From the NCBI GenBank assembly GCA_963711835.1, contig CAVQFQ010000016.1, positions 32,001 to 96,000 on the forward strand: a DNA stretch of 64,000 bases. The letters run 5' to 3'. A program made the position numbers and the translations under genes. Shown piece after piece: positions 10,067 to 20,514 of this stretch. A model generated the notes under the pieces. It ran no database searches. It was given only the letters and a program-made list of their open reading frames with translations, and was not told where the DNA came from. Numbering within the stretch: position 1 is the stretch's first letter; the number at the start of each line of letters is the position of its first letter. Origin of the DNA: an uncultured delta proteobacterium (GTDB lineage Bacteria > Desulfobacterota > RBG-13-43-22).

Positions 10067-11752
10067 ATGAAAAGAAATCCGAAAAATTTGACCGACCGGG
10101 AATTTGATCTCCTGGTGGTGGGCGGTGGAATCCATGGGGCAGCTATCGCCTGGGAAGCCACCCGCCGCGGCCTGAAGACCGCCTTAATTGAAAAAGGAGA
10201 TTTTGGTCAGGCCACCTCGGCCAACAGTTTGAAAATAATTCATGGCGGCCTGCGCTACCTGCAGCAAGCCGACCTAAGGCGGATTCGCCAATCCATCAAG
10301 GCCAGAAGAAGATTTATGGAATTTGCCCCCCACCTGGTTCATCCTCAACCCTTTCTGATTCCTCTTTTCGGGCATGGCCTCAAGGGTAGAGAGATCATGG
10401 CCCTGGGCCTGGCCCTGAATGATCTGGTTAGCTGGGATCGCAACCAAGGCCTCCAGGAACATAATTTTCTTCCCCGAGGACGGGTCATCCCGCGGGAGGT
10501 CTGTCTGAGCCTCCTCCCGGGGATTACCAAAGAGGGCCTGACCGGCGGGGCCGTCTGGTATGACGGCCTGGTTCAACACACGGAACGATTGACCCTCGAA
10601 TTTATTCTCTCCGCAGCGGACCTTGGGGCAACGGCAGCCAATTATATACTGGCCACAAGCCTTTTGCTCGACCAGGAAACCGTTTGCGGAGTTAAGGCGA
10701 TAGAAGTTTTTTCTCAGACCGAATTCCCTATCCGGGCCGGTATGGTGGTAAATGCCTCCGGCCCCTGGCTGGAAGGCGTCTTTCAGCCCCGGCCCTATCC
10801 CTCTCAGGCCGCTCTCCACTGGGCCAAGGGAATCAATTTGGTCATCAATAAACCCCTTTTTACAACCTATGGGGTCGGCCTTGAAGGGTCCAGGGAAAGG
10901 GGTCTTGGAAAGGCTTTCCCGAAAAAGGGCTCTCGCTTTTTCTTTTTTGTCCCCTGGCATGGGCAGGTTATGATCGGGACCGAATATCATCCCTACCAGG
11001 GGGACCCGGGTGAATGCCGGATAGAAAAGGAAGAGTTGGAGGAATTTCTGGAAGCCGTCAATGACATCTATCCTCCTGCCGGACTGGGCCTGAAAAATAT
11101 TTCCTTTTTCCACTTTGGACTCCTGCCTCTTTCCGAGGGACAATGGGTTGATGAAGGTCATCCCGAACCGGATCGGCAATTTAAGATCTTGGATCATGAA
11201 TCTTTGGCCAAGATAAAAGGATTGATTTCCATTAAAAGCACAAAATATACAACGGCCCCTCTGGTGGCTGAAAAGGTAGTGGACCTCATTCTGGCCAAGG
11301 GGAACCGGCCGGATCGATCCCATTCCCAGCCTGAATCCATTTCTGATTATGATAAAATGAGCCTTGAGAAAGATCTGGGGGGTTTTTTTTCAGGAGCCCA
11401 GGGCCCCTCTCCCGGGGAATTGGCCCACCACCTTTGGGGAAATTACGGTCCCCGGAGTAAGGCCCTGCTCTCCTATGGCCGTCAGGATCCCCAAGCCTTT
11501 CAGGCCATCTCCCCGGACCCTCCGCTTACCAAGGCCGAGGTCATTCATGGAATCAGGGAAGAAATGGCCTTGAAATTATCCGATATAGTCTTCCGGCGAA
11601 CCAGTCTGGCCCGGGCAGGTTGTCCTAAGCGGGAACTTCTTGATCAAGTGGCCCAAATCATGGCCGCCGCCTTGGGCTGGGATGGTCATAAGCAGCATCA
11701 GGAAATCGAAGAGGTTTTAAAAAGCTATGGGCCTTTAAGAGCAGAGGCATGA
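10067..11752 (+). CDS. FAD-dependent glycerol-3-phosphate dehydrogenase/oxidase-like protein
   Basis: VVGGGIHG, ATSANSLKIIHGGLRYL, KYTT, LSDIVFRRT; start moved to ATG 10067. Confidence 0.85.
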   Translation: MKRNPKNLTDREFDLLVVGGGIHGAAIAWEATRRGLKTALIEKGDFGQATSANSLKIIHGGLRYLQQADLRRIRQSIKARRRFMEFAPHLVHPQPFLIPLFGHGLKGREIMALGLALNDLVSWDRNQGLQEHNFLPRGRVIPREVCLSLLPGITKEGLTGGAVWYDGLVQHTERLTLEFILSAADLGATAANYILATSLLLDQETVCGVKAIEVFSQTEFPIRAGMVVNASGPWLEGVFQPRPYPSQAALHWAKGINLVINKPLFTTYGVGLEGSRERGLGKAFPKKGSRFFFFVPWHGQVMIGTEYHPYQGDPGECRIEKEELEEFLEAVNDIYPPAGLGLKNISFFHFGLLPLSEGQWVDEGHPEPDRQFKILDHESLAKIKGLISIKSTKYTTAPLVAEKVVDLILAKGNRPDRSHSQPESISDYDKMSLEKDLGGFFSGAQGPSPGELAHHLWGNYGPRSKALLSYGRQDPQAFQAISPDPPLTKAEVIHGIREEMALKLSDIVFRRTSLARAGCPKRELLDQVAQIMAAALGWDGHKQHQEIEEVLKSYGPLRAEA

Positions 11753-12483
11753 ATAGACCTTCCAGCGCCCCCTTGCCTCCTTTTGCCGATGTTGAAACCT
11801 CCTCGGAGGGCTATGCCCGCCGTTTTTCGGGCGAGGCGGGAAAATTTTTCTTAGAGGTTCAAACCCGAATCACCCTGGAGTTGTTGAAACCTTGGCCGGG
11901 AGCCAGGGTCCTGGATGTCGGAGGCGGGCATGGGCAAATCGCCCCGCCTTTGGTGGAGGCCGGCTATCAAGTGACGGTTGCCGGGAGTACCCCGGCCTGC
12001 CAAGAACGTCTGGCCGGACAGCTTGCTCCCGGATCTTACGCCTTTCAGATTGCCGATCTCCTGGCCCTGCCTTTCGAAGATAAGGCCTTTGATATCGTTC
12101 TGTCTCTCCGGTTGTTGCCCCACGTCGAATCCTGGGGTCTTTTAATTGCCGAACTTAGCCGCCTGGCCGGCCAAGCCGTGATTGTGGATTATCCTGATAT
12201 CCGAAGTGTTAACCTCTTTTCCAGGATCTTTTTCCAGGCCAAAAAGGCCATTGAAAAAAATACCCGGCCCTTTCGCTGTTTCAGCCGCCGGGAGCTCGTC
12301 CGGGAATTTGAAAAAAATGGCTTCAGCCGGCCCCTCTTCCGGCCGGAATTTTTTCTACCCATGGCCCTTCACCGGGCCTTAAGTAAGGGGTCATGGTCAA
12401 AAAGCATGGAATCTTTTTCCCAAAGGATAGGGCTGACCTCCCGGTTGGGTTCACCGGTCATACTCAGGGTAACCCCGAGATAA
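11749..12483 (+). CDS. Class I SAM-dependent methyltransferase
   Basis: VLDVGGGHG, LPFEDKAFDIV. Confidence 0.85.
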   Translation: MNRPSSAPLPPFADVETSSEGYARRFSGEAGKFFLEVQTRITLELLKPWPGARVLDVGGGHGQIAPPLVEAGYQVTVAGSTPACQERLAGQLAPGSYAFQIADLLALPFEDKAFDIVLSLRLLPHVESWGLLIAELSRLAGQAVIVDYPDIRSVNLFSRIFFQAKKAIEKNTRPFRCFSRRELVREFEKNGFSRPLFRPEFFLPMALHRALSKGSWSKSMESFSQRIGLTSRLGSPVILRVTPR

Positions 12484-12487
12484 TGGT

Positions 12488-13658
12488 ATGAAGATTTTAT
12501 TACTGGCCCCCTGCCCTTTCTTTCAAAATCGTGGCACCCCGATCGCCATAAAATTAGTCGTCCAGGTCCTGACCGGCGCGGGGCATTGGATCCACATCCT
12601 GACTTATCCCGAAGGGGAAGCGCTGCCTATTTCCAATAGCCTTATATCAAGAGTCCCGGCCTTACCCGGTATCCGAAACATCAAGCCCGGACCTTCCTGG
12701 AAGAAACTGGTCTATGACCTGGTCATGTTTTTTAAATTGATCGCCATCCTGAGAAAAAACCGTTTCGATGTCATTCATGCCGTGGAAGAATCCGTTTTTA
12801 TGACCCTGGTTTTAAAAAAAATTTTCCGGATCCCCTATGTCTATGATATGGATTCCTCCCTGTCTCAGCAGATTTCAGAAAAATTCAGGATACTGATACC
12901 CCTCCGGTCCGTCATGCACTTTTTTGAAAAAATGGCGGTTCGAGGGAGTGCCGGAACCATTGCCGTTTGTAAAAGTCTGGAGGAGGAAGCCTTACCAATG
13001 CGATCCCCGGCAACTGGTCTGCCGCCTGGAGGATATCACCCTCCTCCCCAGTCGGGCCGGGGTGCTGGAAACCCGGACCAAGCCGGCCTTTCAGGAACCG
13101 GTGATCATGTATGTCGGGAATCTGGAAAAGTACCAGGGGATCGATCTGCTCCTGGAAGGCTTCCAAAAGGCCCTCCCAAAAGCGGGGCAGGCCAAATTGG
13201 TCATCATCGGGGGTGGGGAAACCGAAATGAGGCACTATCAGAAGCAGGTCGTCGAATTGGGTATCGGAGATAAAGTGGCCTTCCTCGGCCCCAAGCCTAT
13301 ATTCGAGCTTAGGGATTGGCTGGCTCAAGCTCAAATCCTGGTCTCTCCCCGGATCCGGGGTAATAATACCCCCATGAAGATATACTCTTATTTGGATTCC
13401 GGGAAACCGGTCCTGGCCACCCGCCTCCCCACCCATACCCAGGTGCTGGATGATGAGATCGCCTACCTGGTACCCCCGACACCGGAGGCCCTGGCTGAGG
13501 GAATGGTGGCCTTGATGGGGGACAGCCTCTTGCGAGAGAAATTGGCTTGCGAGGCCAGGAAACGCGTTCAACAGGAATATTGTTTTGAAGCCTTTCAAAG
13601 AAAATTGGTACAATTCTATGCCCAATTGGAGAAAAAAATAAACTCTCCCGGAAAGTAA
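12488..13658 (+). CDS. GT4 glycosyltransferase, split by a +1 indel near 12995 (probable sequencing error)
   Basis: N-half in ORF 12488; C-half with YVGNLEKYQG and PMKIYSYLDSGKP in ORF 12924; removing one C at 12995-12996 joins them. Confidence 0.8.
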
Positions 13659-13684
13659 CTAAAATTTTTTGGAGGAGGAAAGAA

Positions 13685-14668
13685 ATGAGGATTTTGGTAA
13701 CCGGGGGCACCGGCTTTACGGGAAAAGCCCTGGTAAGAAGGCTTCTCGATGCCGGTCACCAGGTCGTGGCCCTGGATTTCAAAGAAGGACTTAAGACCGA
13801 GGAACTCCGGCAGTGGGGCGCCGAGGTTATCATCGGCAGTGTCACCGATAAGGAAATTGTCGAAAAATGTATGCCCGGCGTGGAAGTAGTCCACCATTTG
13901 GCGGCGGCCTTTCGAGAGATGAACGTCCCGGACAGCTATTATTATGAAGTCAATGTACAGGGAACCCGAAATGTGCTGGATGCCGCCCTTCGCTGCCGGG
14001 TTAAAAAGTTCATCTATTGCAGCACCTGCGGGGTTCATGGAAACATCGACCACCCGCCGGGCGGGGAAGACGCCCCCATCCAACCGGCCGATTATTACCA
14101 GGCCACCAAATACGAAGCCGAGCCCCTGGTTCAGGATTATTTTAATAAAGGGATGAAGACCGTCATCCTCCGGCCGGCAGCTATCTACGGGCCGGGGGAC
14201 CCGGAACGCTTTTACATGATCTTCAAGCGGGCGGCCCGGGGGACATTCCCCATGTTCGGCAGCGGCCGCACCTTTTATCATCCCCTTTATATAGACAACC
14301 TGATTGACGCCTTTATGCAATCCATGGAAGAGGGCAAAGGGGACGGCCAGGCCTACCTGATTGCCGACGAGGAATTCCTGGAGATCAGGGAACTGGTCCG
14401 CAAGGTGGGAGAAGCCCTGGGTATTAAGGTCAAAATCAAAACTTATCCAATCCTGCCTTTAATCATTGCCGGTCATGTTTGCGAAAAGCTCTGCAAGCCC
14501 TTTAAGATCACGCCTCCCATCTTCCCCAGAAGGGTAGACTGGTACCGCCAGAACCGGGCCTTTAAAATCGACAAGGCCAAAAGGGAATTGGGATACCAAC
14601 CCAAATGGGGGATAGATGAAGGACTCAGGAAAACAGCCGAATGGTATAAAAAAGAAGGGTACCTGTAA
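13685..14668 (+). CDS. NAD-dependent epimerase/dehydratase (extended SDR)
   Basis: VTGGTGFTG, YQATK (YxxxK), RPAAIYGPGD. Confidence 0.9.
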   Translation: MRILVTGGTGFTGKALVRRLLDAGHQVVALDFKEGLKTEELRQWGAEVIIGSVTDKEIVEKCMPGVEVVHHLAAAFREMNVPDSYYYEVNVQGTRNVLDAALRCRVKKFIYCSTCGVHGNIDHPPGGEDAPIQPADYYQATKYEAEPLVQDYFNKGMKTVILRPAAIYGPGDPERFYMIFKRAARGTFPMFGSGRTFYHPLYIDNLIDAFMQSMEEGKGDGQAYLIADEEFLEIRELVRKVGEALGIKVKIKTYPILPLIIAGHVCEKLCKPFKITPPIFPRRVDWYRQNRAFKIDKAKRELGYQPKWGIDEGLRKTAEWYKKEGYL

Positions 14669-16678
14669 TTGAAGTCCTCTGGGTCGCTTTTCCTTGTTTC
14701 CCTAAGCCTCCTGGCCGTCCTGACGGCCATAGGCCTGCGCCTGGCCTTCTTTAACACCGGGCTGACCCACTTACCAACCTCGGCCGACGAGGCGCAGGTC
14801 GTACTTCAGGCCAAGAACATTTCCCGGGGAGAGGTGCCCCTATTGTTCACGGGAGCACCTTACCAGTTTCCGGTTGAATCGTATCTTTACACCCCCCTGG
14901 AAGGTCTGATGCCCCGAAATGCCTTCGGGGCCCGCTACGGCGCCGTCCTGCTGAATCTTATTTCTCTGTTCTTCTTATTGGTGATCTTCCGGCTGACTTT
15001 TTCCTTCCGCCCGGCCTGGCCGGGGGTCCTGCTGCTCCTGATCCCTTCTTCGTATTGGCTTTTACTGCAGGTGGGATACAGTTTTGTCAATTATAATTCG
15101 GCCCTGGTCCTGGCCCTCTCGTCCCTGCTTCTGGCCTTCCTGACCCGGAAGGAAACCCGGCCAAAGATAGGGGTCTCCGGATTGGCAGGCCTTCTGGGCG
15201 GCCTGGCCTTCAGCAATAATATGCTCATCCTGCCCATGGTCCTGATGGCCGGGGCCTTCCTTTTTTTTGATGAAAATCGGAAGAGGGGACTCAGGTCAAC
15301 CGGCCTCTTCGGGGTCGGGTTGATGATCGGTCTCTGGCCCTACCTGGTTGCCAAATGGCTCATTCCCGGTGCCCACCAGGCTGTCTCCGGGGCCTACTCC
15401 TGGCCGGAGATACTGCCCAGGCTGTGGTCATTGGTACCCAAAAACCTGCCGGTGGTCATGGGGATCACACCCTGTTTTTTCCCTGATTTCAAAGAAACCT
15501 TTACCCTCCTCCCCGGAGCGGCTTTCTTTCTCACGGTCGGTTATTTCCACATCCTGGTCGCCGTCACCCTGATTAGAGTCATCCATCATCTAAGGCACCT
15601 TTTGAGAGAGAAATGGATTTCCCTGGAAGCGGTCGATGTTTTTACCGGGATTTCCTGGCTGGCCCTGCTATTCTTTGCCCTGAGCAGGCGGTCTCACGGG
15701 CACACCTATCGTTACCTCCTCCCCCTGGTCTGGTCCTTCCCTTTTTTACTCGGTTACTTATACCTGAAGGTTTCCAAACGGCTTCGAATTGCGCTGGGCC
15801 TGGCCGCGGTCCTCCTGGCCCTTTTCAATCTGGCCGCAAGTATTGAACTCATGCGCACCTGGTCTAAGCCGGGTTTTGCCTCGGCCCAGGCCGACCTGCC
15901 GGATCTTCGCCCCGCCATCCAATGTTTGGATCGTCTCGGGATCAATCGCTGTTATGCCACCATGTGGCTGGCTTCACGGATGGCCTATGAAACCGATGAG
16001 AGGATCCTCTGCAGCCAGCCCTACAACACCCGCTTTTTCGGCTGGCCCATTCCTTATAAAAAAGAGGTGGATGCTTCCCGGCGAGTGGCCTACGTCTTAA
16101 CCCAAAGCGACCGTTTTACCGCCGGCCGCTTCGAAGCGGACCTGAGGGCCATGGCTGTAAATTCCCGCCGGGAATCTTGCGCTCCCTTTAGCCTGTATTA
16201 TGATTTTCATCCGCAGCAGGAACCCCTCGGCAATCCGGTCCCAAGAAATCAGCTTTCTATTCGGGCCAGCCATAACAGCCGAGAAGCCGCCCGGCTCAAG
16301 GATGGGGAGCGAACCCGGCGCTGGGGCAGCGCCGCCTCCCAGGAAAAGGGCATGTGGCTGGAGATTGCCTTGCCGTCAATCCGGCGACTCAGCGGATTAA
16401 CACTTTATTATAACAAGTACGCCCCTGACCAGGCCCCGGCTTTAAAAGTGCTGGCTCTGAGAAAGGGAGACTGGCGACCTCTCTTGCCAGGGGTACCGGC
16501 CAGACTCGACCCCTTTGTTTTTCTGAACGGCCACCCGGTCTATGGAGACAAAATGGAGACGATTCAATTTCCTCCTACCCAAACCCAGGCCCTGCGTCTT
16601 GAAATTGTCGAACCCAATCCCAGACAGGACTGGAGTATGGTGGAAATCGAACTCTTTCAAGCCCCGGTTGCTCCGTAG
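14669..16678 (+). CDS. GT-C-like multi-TM glycosyltransferase with C-terminal discoidin (F5/8)-like domain
   Basis: ADEA acidic loop after TM1, about 10 TMs, RYLLPL, then DGERTRRWGS...QEKGMWLEI...WSMVEIELF. Confidence 0.7.
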   Translation: MKSSGSLFLVSLSLLAVLTAIGLRLAFFNTGLTHLPTSADEAQVVLQAKNISRGEVPLLFTGAPYQFPVESYLYTPLEGLMPRNAFGARYGAVLLNLISLFFLLVIFRLTFSFRPAWPGVLLLLIPSSYWLLLQVGYSFVNYNSALVLALSSLLLAFLTRKETRPKIGVSGLAGLLGGLAFSNNMLILPMVLMAGAFLFFDENRKRGLRSTGLFGVGLMIGLWPYLVAKWLIPGAHQAVSGAYSWPEILPRLWSLVPKNLPVVMGITPCFFPDFKETFTLLPGAAFFLTVGYFHILVAVTLIRVIHHLRHLLREKWISLEAVDVFTGISWLALLFFALSRRSHGHTYRYLLPLVWSFPFLLGYLYLKVSKRLRIALGLAAVLLALFNLAASIELMRTWSKPGFASAQADLPDLRPAIQCLDRLGINRCYATMWLASRMAYETDERILCSQPYNTRFFGWPIPYKKEVDASRRVAYVLTQSDRFTAGRFEADLRAMAVNSRRESCAPFSLYYDFHPQQEPLGNPVPRNQLSIRASHNSREAARLKDGERTRRWGSAASQEKGMWLEIALPSIRRLSGLTLYYNKYAPDQAPALKVLALRKGDWRPLLPGVPARLDPFVFLNGHPVYGDKMETIQFPPTQTQALRLEIVEPNPRQDWSMVEIELFQAPVAP

Positions 16679-16776
16679 CCATCGACCTTTTATTAATTTG
16701 TCTTGATACCTCTCCTTGAGTTAGATATATTTCTTTCGCGAACGATCATCTGATCATAAGGTTTTTATCTGAAGGC

Positions 16777-17508
16777 ATGATGTGTGATAAATGGACAGTG
16801 CTAAGGTGGGGAAATTTACTATTTAAACATGGTTATGGGCTATACCGGCCTCTCTATTTTTTTTATAAGAAAATAAGCGACCATGGCAAAATAGGGCTTT
16901 TAAGAGAACATATTAAACCCGGGATGCGGGTTCTGGATATTGGAGCCAATATCGGTTTTTATACCCGCCTTTTATCCAACCTGGTAGGACCTCAGGGCCG
17001 CGTAGTTTCCTTTGAGCCTGATCCGTTAAATTTCAAGCATTTAAAAGCCGGGTGCGGAGGTTTAGCAAACGTCACCCTTAACCAATTGGCCTGCGGCGAA
17101 AAAACAGGAAAGATTCGTTTGTACTCTTCGGAAGAATTGAATGTGGATCATCAGACCTATGATGGGGGCGAAAGCAGAAAATCCGTTGAGATCGATTGCG
17201 TTTCCATAGACGGCTACTTTAAAAATGCCGAAGGAATCGACTTTGTAAAAATAGATATTCAGGGCTATGATTTTTTTGCCTTGAAAGGGATGCAGGAAAC
17301 CATCAAACGGTCCCGGAAGGTGATCATTTTAGGGGAGCTTTGGCCTTACGGTTTGAAGAACTCGGGGATCCACTACACTGACTATCTGACTCTCTTAAGG
17401 GACCTGGGGTTTGAATTAATCTTTTTTGATAAAAAGGATGCCCTTGATTATCAACAAAAGATCTCGGATAAATTCTTTCATACCGATTTCTGGGGAGTAA
17501 AGGCCTGA
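16777..17508 (+). CDS. FkbM-family methyltransferase
   Basis: DIGANIGFY, SFEPDP, KIDIQG. Confidence 0.9.
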   Translation: MMCDKWTVLRWGNLLFKHGYGLYRPLYFFYKKISDHGKIGLLREHIKPGMRVLDIGANIGFYTRLLSNLVGPQGRVVSFEPDPLNFKHLKAGCGGLANVTLNQLACGEKTGKIRLYSSEELNVDHQTYDGGESRKSVEIDCVSIDGYFKNAEGIDFVKIDIQGYDFFALKGMQETIKRSRKVIILGELWPYGLKNSGIHYTDYLTLLRDLGFELIFFDKKDALDYQQKISDKFFHTDFWGVKA

Positions 17509-17539
17509 CCTTGACGAATCGGAAAAGAAAAAACTTCTT

Positions 17540-18937
17540 ATGAAAATAGTGCTGGTCTTTACCGAACTGAATCAGAAATTCGGGGCCTTGCGTTCCCAAC
17601 ACGGCCTGGCCTTCCTTTCGGCTGTATTGAAAAAAAACGGCTATCCGGAAGTCAGCCTGTCTTACTTTGCCGGGACCTTGGATCTGAACCAATGGGAAAA
17701 AGACCTTAGACGGATCCAGCCTGATCTGATCGGCTTTTACTCCACGGCCGAACAATTCCACTTCATAAAAAAATTGATCGAAGCCGTTCCAAAACCGGTC
17801 TTTACCATCTGCGGCGGCCCCCACCCCACCTGTTATCCGGTCTGCCTCGAAAGCGTGCCCCGTCTGGATGCCATCTGTGTCGGCGAGGGGGAATACCCGC
17901 TTTTGGAACTGGTCCAGGCCCTGGACCAGGGCCGGGATTACATCGGGATTAAGAATCTCTGGTTTCGCCAAAATGGGAAGATTATTAAGAATGAAACCCG
18001 TCCTTTCATCCAGGAACTGGATGAACTGCCTTTCGAGGACTGGGAACTCTTTAACACCCAGGAGGCTATTGATCGGTACGGCCTGGCCCAATTGCGTATT
18101 CTGGCCTCCCGCGGCTGCCCTTTCAGTTGTACCTTTTGTTCCAATAAACGGATCAGTCGGACTCAAACCGGCCGTTATGTGCGCTACCGAAGTGCCGATC
18201 ATATCCTGGCTGAATTGAAGCAGGTTAAAGAAAAATACCGCTTTGAAGAGATCTTTTTCGATGACGATATCTTCATTATGAACCGGGAGATTGTGGAAGA
18301 ATTCTGCCGGCGCTACCCGAAGGAAATCGGCAAACCCTTTGTCTTTGCCGGACGGGTCGAGGCCTGCCACCAGGATATCCTGGCCAAACTCAAGGCCGCC
18401 GGGGGCCGTCGGATTGATTTTGGTGTGGAATCAGGGCACGAAGAGCTCCGGCGCTCCATCCTGAAAAGAAAGATGACCAACCGGCAGATCATCGAGGCCA
18501 CCCGGACGGCCAAATCGGTCGGGCTCCAGGTCAAGACCCTCAACATGGTTGGCCTGCCTGAAGAAACGCCTGAAAAATTCAAAGAAACGGTAAGAATCAA
18601 CCGGGCCATTAAACCGGATGTGGCCAGCCTCTATGTTTTTTATCCGTACCCGGGGACGGAACTCTATGACTACTGCCTTCAAAAGGGATATCTGCATCCG
18701 GAGGATTCTCTGCCGGAAAATTATATTTCACGCCGGGACTCTATCCTGGAAATGCCCTATTTCACCAAGAGGGCGATCCAACGCTGCTACCGCTGGTTCG
18801 GCTTTAAGGTCTTCTGGAGGCAGTCCCTGATCAAGGCCATCGGTTTAACACTGATCAATTCCAGGCATGGCGAATTCTTTATGGCTGTGGCCAAGAAATT
18901 TCGGAAAATTCTTCGTAAACTCTTTAAGGGCTTTTAA
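17540..18937 (+). CDS. B12-binding radical SAM protein
   Basis: GGPHPT and VGEGE cobalamin-domain motifs, SRGCPFSCTFC, GVESG, PYPGT. Confidence 0.9.
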   Translation: MKIVLVFTELNQKFGALRSQHGLAFLSAVLKKNGYPEVSLSYFAGTLDLNQWEKDLRRIQPDLIGFYSTAEQFHFIKKLIEAVPKPVFTICGGPHPTCYPVCLESVPRLDAICVGEGEYPLLELVQALDQGRDYIGIKNLWFRQNGKIIKNETRPFIQELDELPFEDWELFNTQEAIDRYGLAQLRILASRGCPFSCTFCSNKRISRTQTGRYVRYRSADHILAELKQVKEKYRFEEIFFDDDIFIMNREIVEEFCRRYPKEIGKPFVFAGRVEACHQDILAKLKAAGGRRIDFGVESGHEELRRSILKRKMTNRQIIEATRTAKSVGLQVKTLNMVGLPEETPEKFKETVRINRAIKPDVASLYVFYPYPGTELYDYCLQKGYLHPEDSLPENYISRRDSILEMPYFTKRAIQRCYRWFGFKVFWRQSLIKAIGLTLINSRHGEFFMAVAKKFRKILRKLFKGF

Positions 18938-19112
18938 CCCCCCTGAAGAAGTCCTAAACTTCGCTTAAGGCAAACCTCCTTTAAAACTTCAACATTGCCG
19001 TGAATCTTAGAGTTTTTCCTTGACTTTTATCCTTTAATTATTAAAGTGGTCGCCTATTGGGGTAACCCAGAGGATTCCGTTACGCCTATCAAAAAATATC
19101 TTCGGAGAGTAT

Positions 19113-19709
19113 ATGACCAAGAAAAAGCTGACCCGGTTGGGAAATTGCCTGTCACTTCTCATGCTGCTTTCGTTTGGTTGCGCCTGGCTGGACAAGGAAG
19201 AGACGAAATCCGGTTCCTCCGGCACATCGGAGCAGGAACCCGCGCACGGGCAGGTCACGGTCAGTTTATTGGAAAGAACGCCCTTCAGGGGTCAAGATCT
19301 CGACCCGGCTTTCTGGACCAAGATGGAGGCCTACTGCAAGGCCGGGCCGACACAGCTCATCATAGCGGACATGAATCTGGTCCCGAACCAGATGACCCGC
19401 GCCGGTTTCGTCGCCCGCTGGGCAGCGCAATGCTACGCCCTGGCGACCACCTACGCCGGGTACGACTGGGCCCCCGATGCCAGGGACCCGCAAAGTGTGG
19501 CCCTGTGGAACGCCAGGCCGCAGATGGAGGCTTGGTGGCACCGCTACGTCTTGGCGGTGATCAAGGTCATGCAGAATGCCCCACAGACAACCGCGCTCAT
19601 CATCATAAACGATGCCCCGGACCGGCTTGGATATAGACTCGGGGTGGCCACCTACCAAACCATGGAGCCGGTTCGGGGCCGCGTTACCATAGGCAACACC
19701 ATTCGGTGA
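19113..19709 (+). CDS. Hypothetical lipoprotein
   Basis: Lipobox LSFG-C, Ser/Gly linker, GGAGAG RBS; no recognised domain. Confidence 0.65.
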   Translation: MTKKKLTRLGNCLSLLMLLSFGCAWLDKEETKSGSSGTSEQEPAHGQVTVSLLERTPFRGQDLDPAFWTKMEAYCKAGPTQLIIADMNLVPNQMTRAGFVARWAAQCYALATTYAGYDWAPDARDPQSVALWNARPQMEAWWHRYVLAVIKVMQNAPQTTALIIINDAPDRLGYRLGVATYQTMEPVRGRVTIGNTIR

Positions 19710-19733
19710 TTTTTTAGAGGGAATAATACCAGA

Positions 19734-20509
19734 ATGAAAGAATTGATGGTCTTTGTCTTTTTAGGGGTTCTTTTAACCGGCGAGTTCGCCTCGGCAGGTT
19801 CTGGAACCCCAGCCGCTTATAGACAATCCATTGTCGAAAATGGCACCTATTATTTCTATGTTCCGCTCGTTTTAAATAATTATTGCCGGGATCCCGTCAT
19901 CCTGGCCGTGGGGGACAGCATCACCGAAGGCGTTTATACCAGTTCGCCCTCCGGAAACGGCCTATCCCCACTTACTGGAACTGAAACTGGAGGAGACCTA
20001 TCATCGTAATTTCATCTCCATCAATGCGGCAGTAGGCGGGGCATGATTCCGATATTTCTTGATCTCCGCCCGTACCATAGGCGACCTGATAGATACCTAT
20101 CAGCCGGATCTGGTGCTGCTCATGATCGGCACCAATGATTTTGGCGCCTTGCACAGGCCTTTTTGGTGGATCGAAACCAACCTCCGGGACACCATCACCA
20201 TCGCCCTGAACAAAGGCGTGCGGCTTATTTTAGCCAGCAATCCACCCCCCAACTTCGTCTTCCGACCGGACCAATTTCACAGGACTTCCGATTTTGCCCC
20301 CACCTATCTTACCTTGGCCTCGGATTATAATATCCCACTGGCCAGGGTCTTCTCCACTTTTCTTAATTACCCGGATTGGGAATATCTGTTGATTTATACC
20401 GGGCAAAACGACGGCCTCCATCCCACTGATGCTCGGTCATGCGGTAATGCGGGATGTCTTCTATGACCAGGTGGTTCCTTTACTGGATCAAATAGGCTGT
20501 TTTCGTTAA
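19734..20509 (+). pseudogene. Exported SGNH/GDSL hydrolase, copy 1, with several indels (pseudogene or read errors)
   Basis: GDSIT, IGTND and DGLHP blocks spread over different frames; shifts near 19950 and 20433, in-frame TGA at 20044; the restored end is LLDQIGCFR*. Confidence 0.75.
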
Positions 20510-20514
20510 AAAGA

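Noticed and set aside
10274-18370. Long antisense ORFs (e.g. 10274-11323, 17324-18370; also 7701-8510, 32587-33483)
   Set aside because: Shadow ORFs opposite well-supported genes, with no recognisable motifs.
19056-19076. c-di-GMP-I riboswitch from the TGGG-GTAA-CCCA GNRA hairpin
   Set aside because: The GGCAAAC/GACGCAAA junction and second stem are absent.
20044-20046. In-frame TGA in SGNH copy 1 as a second selenocysteine codon
   Set aside because: It aligns to a non-Cys position (Arg in copy 2), no convincing SECIS follows, and the gene has other indels; error or decay is more likely.
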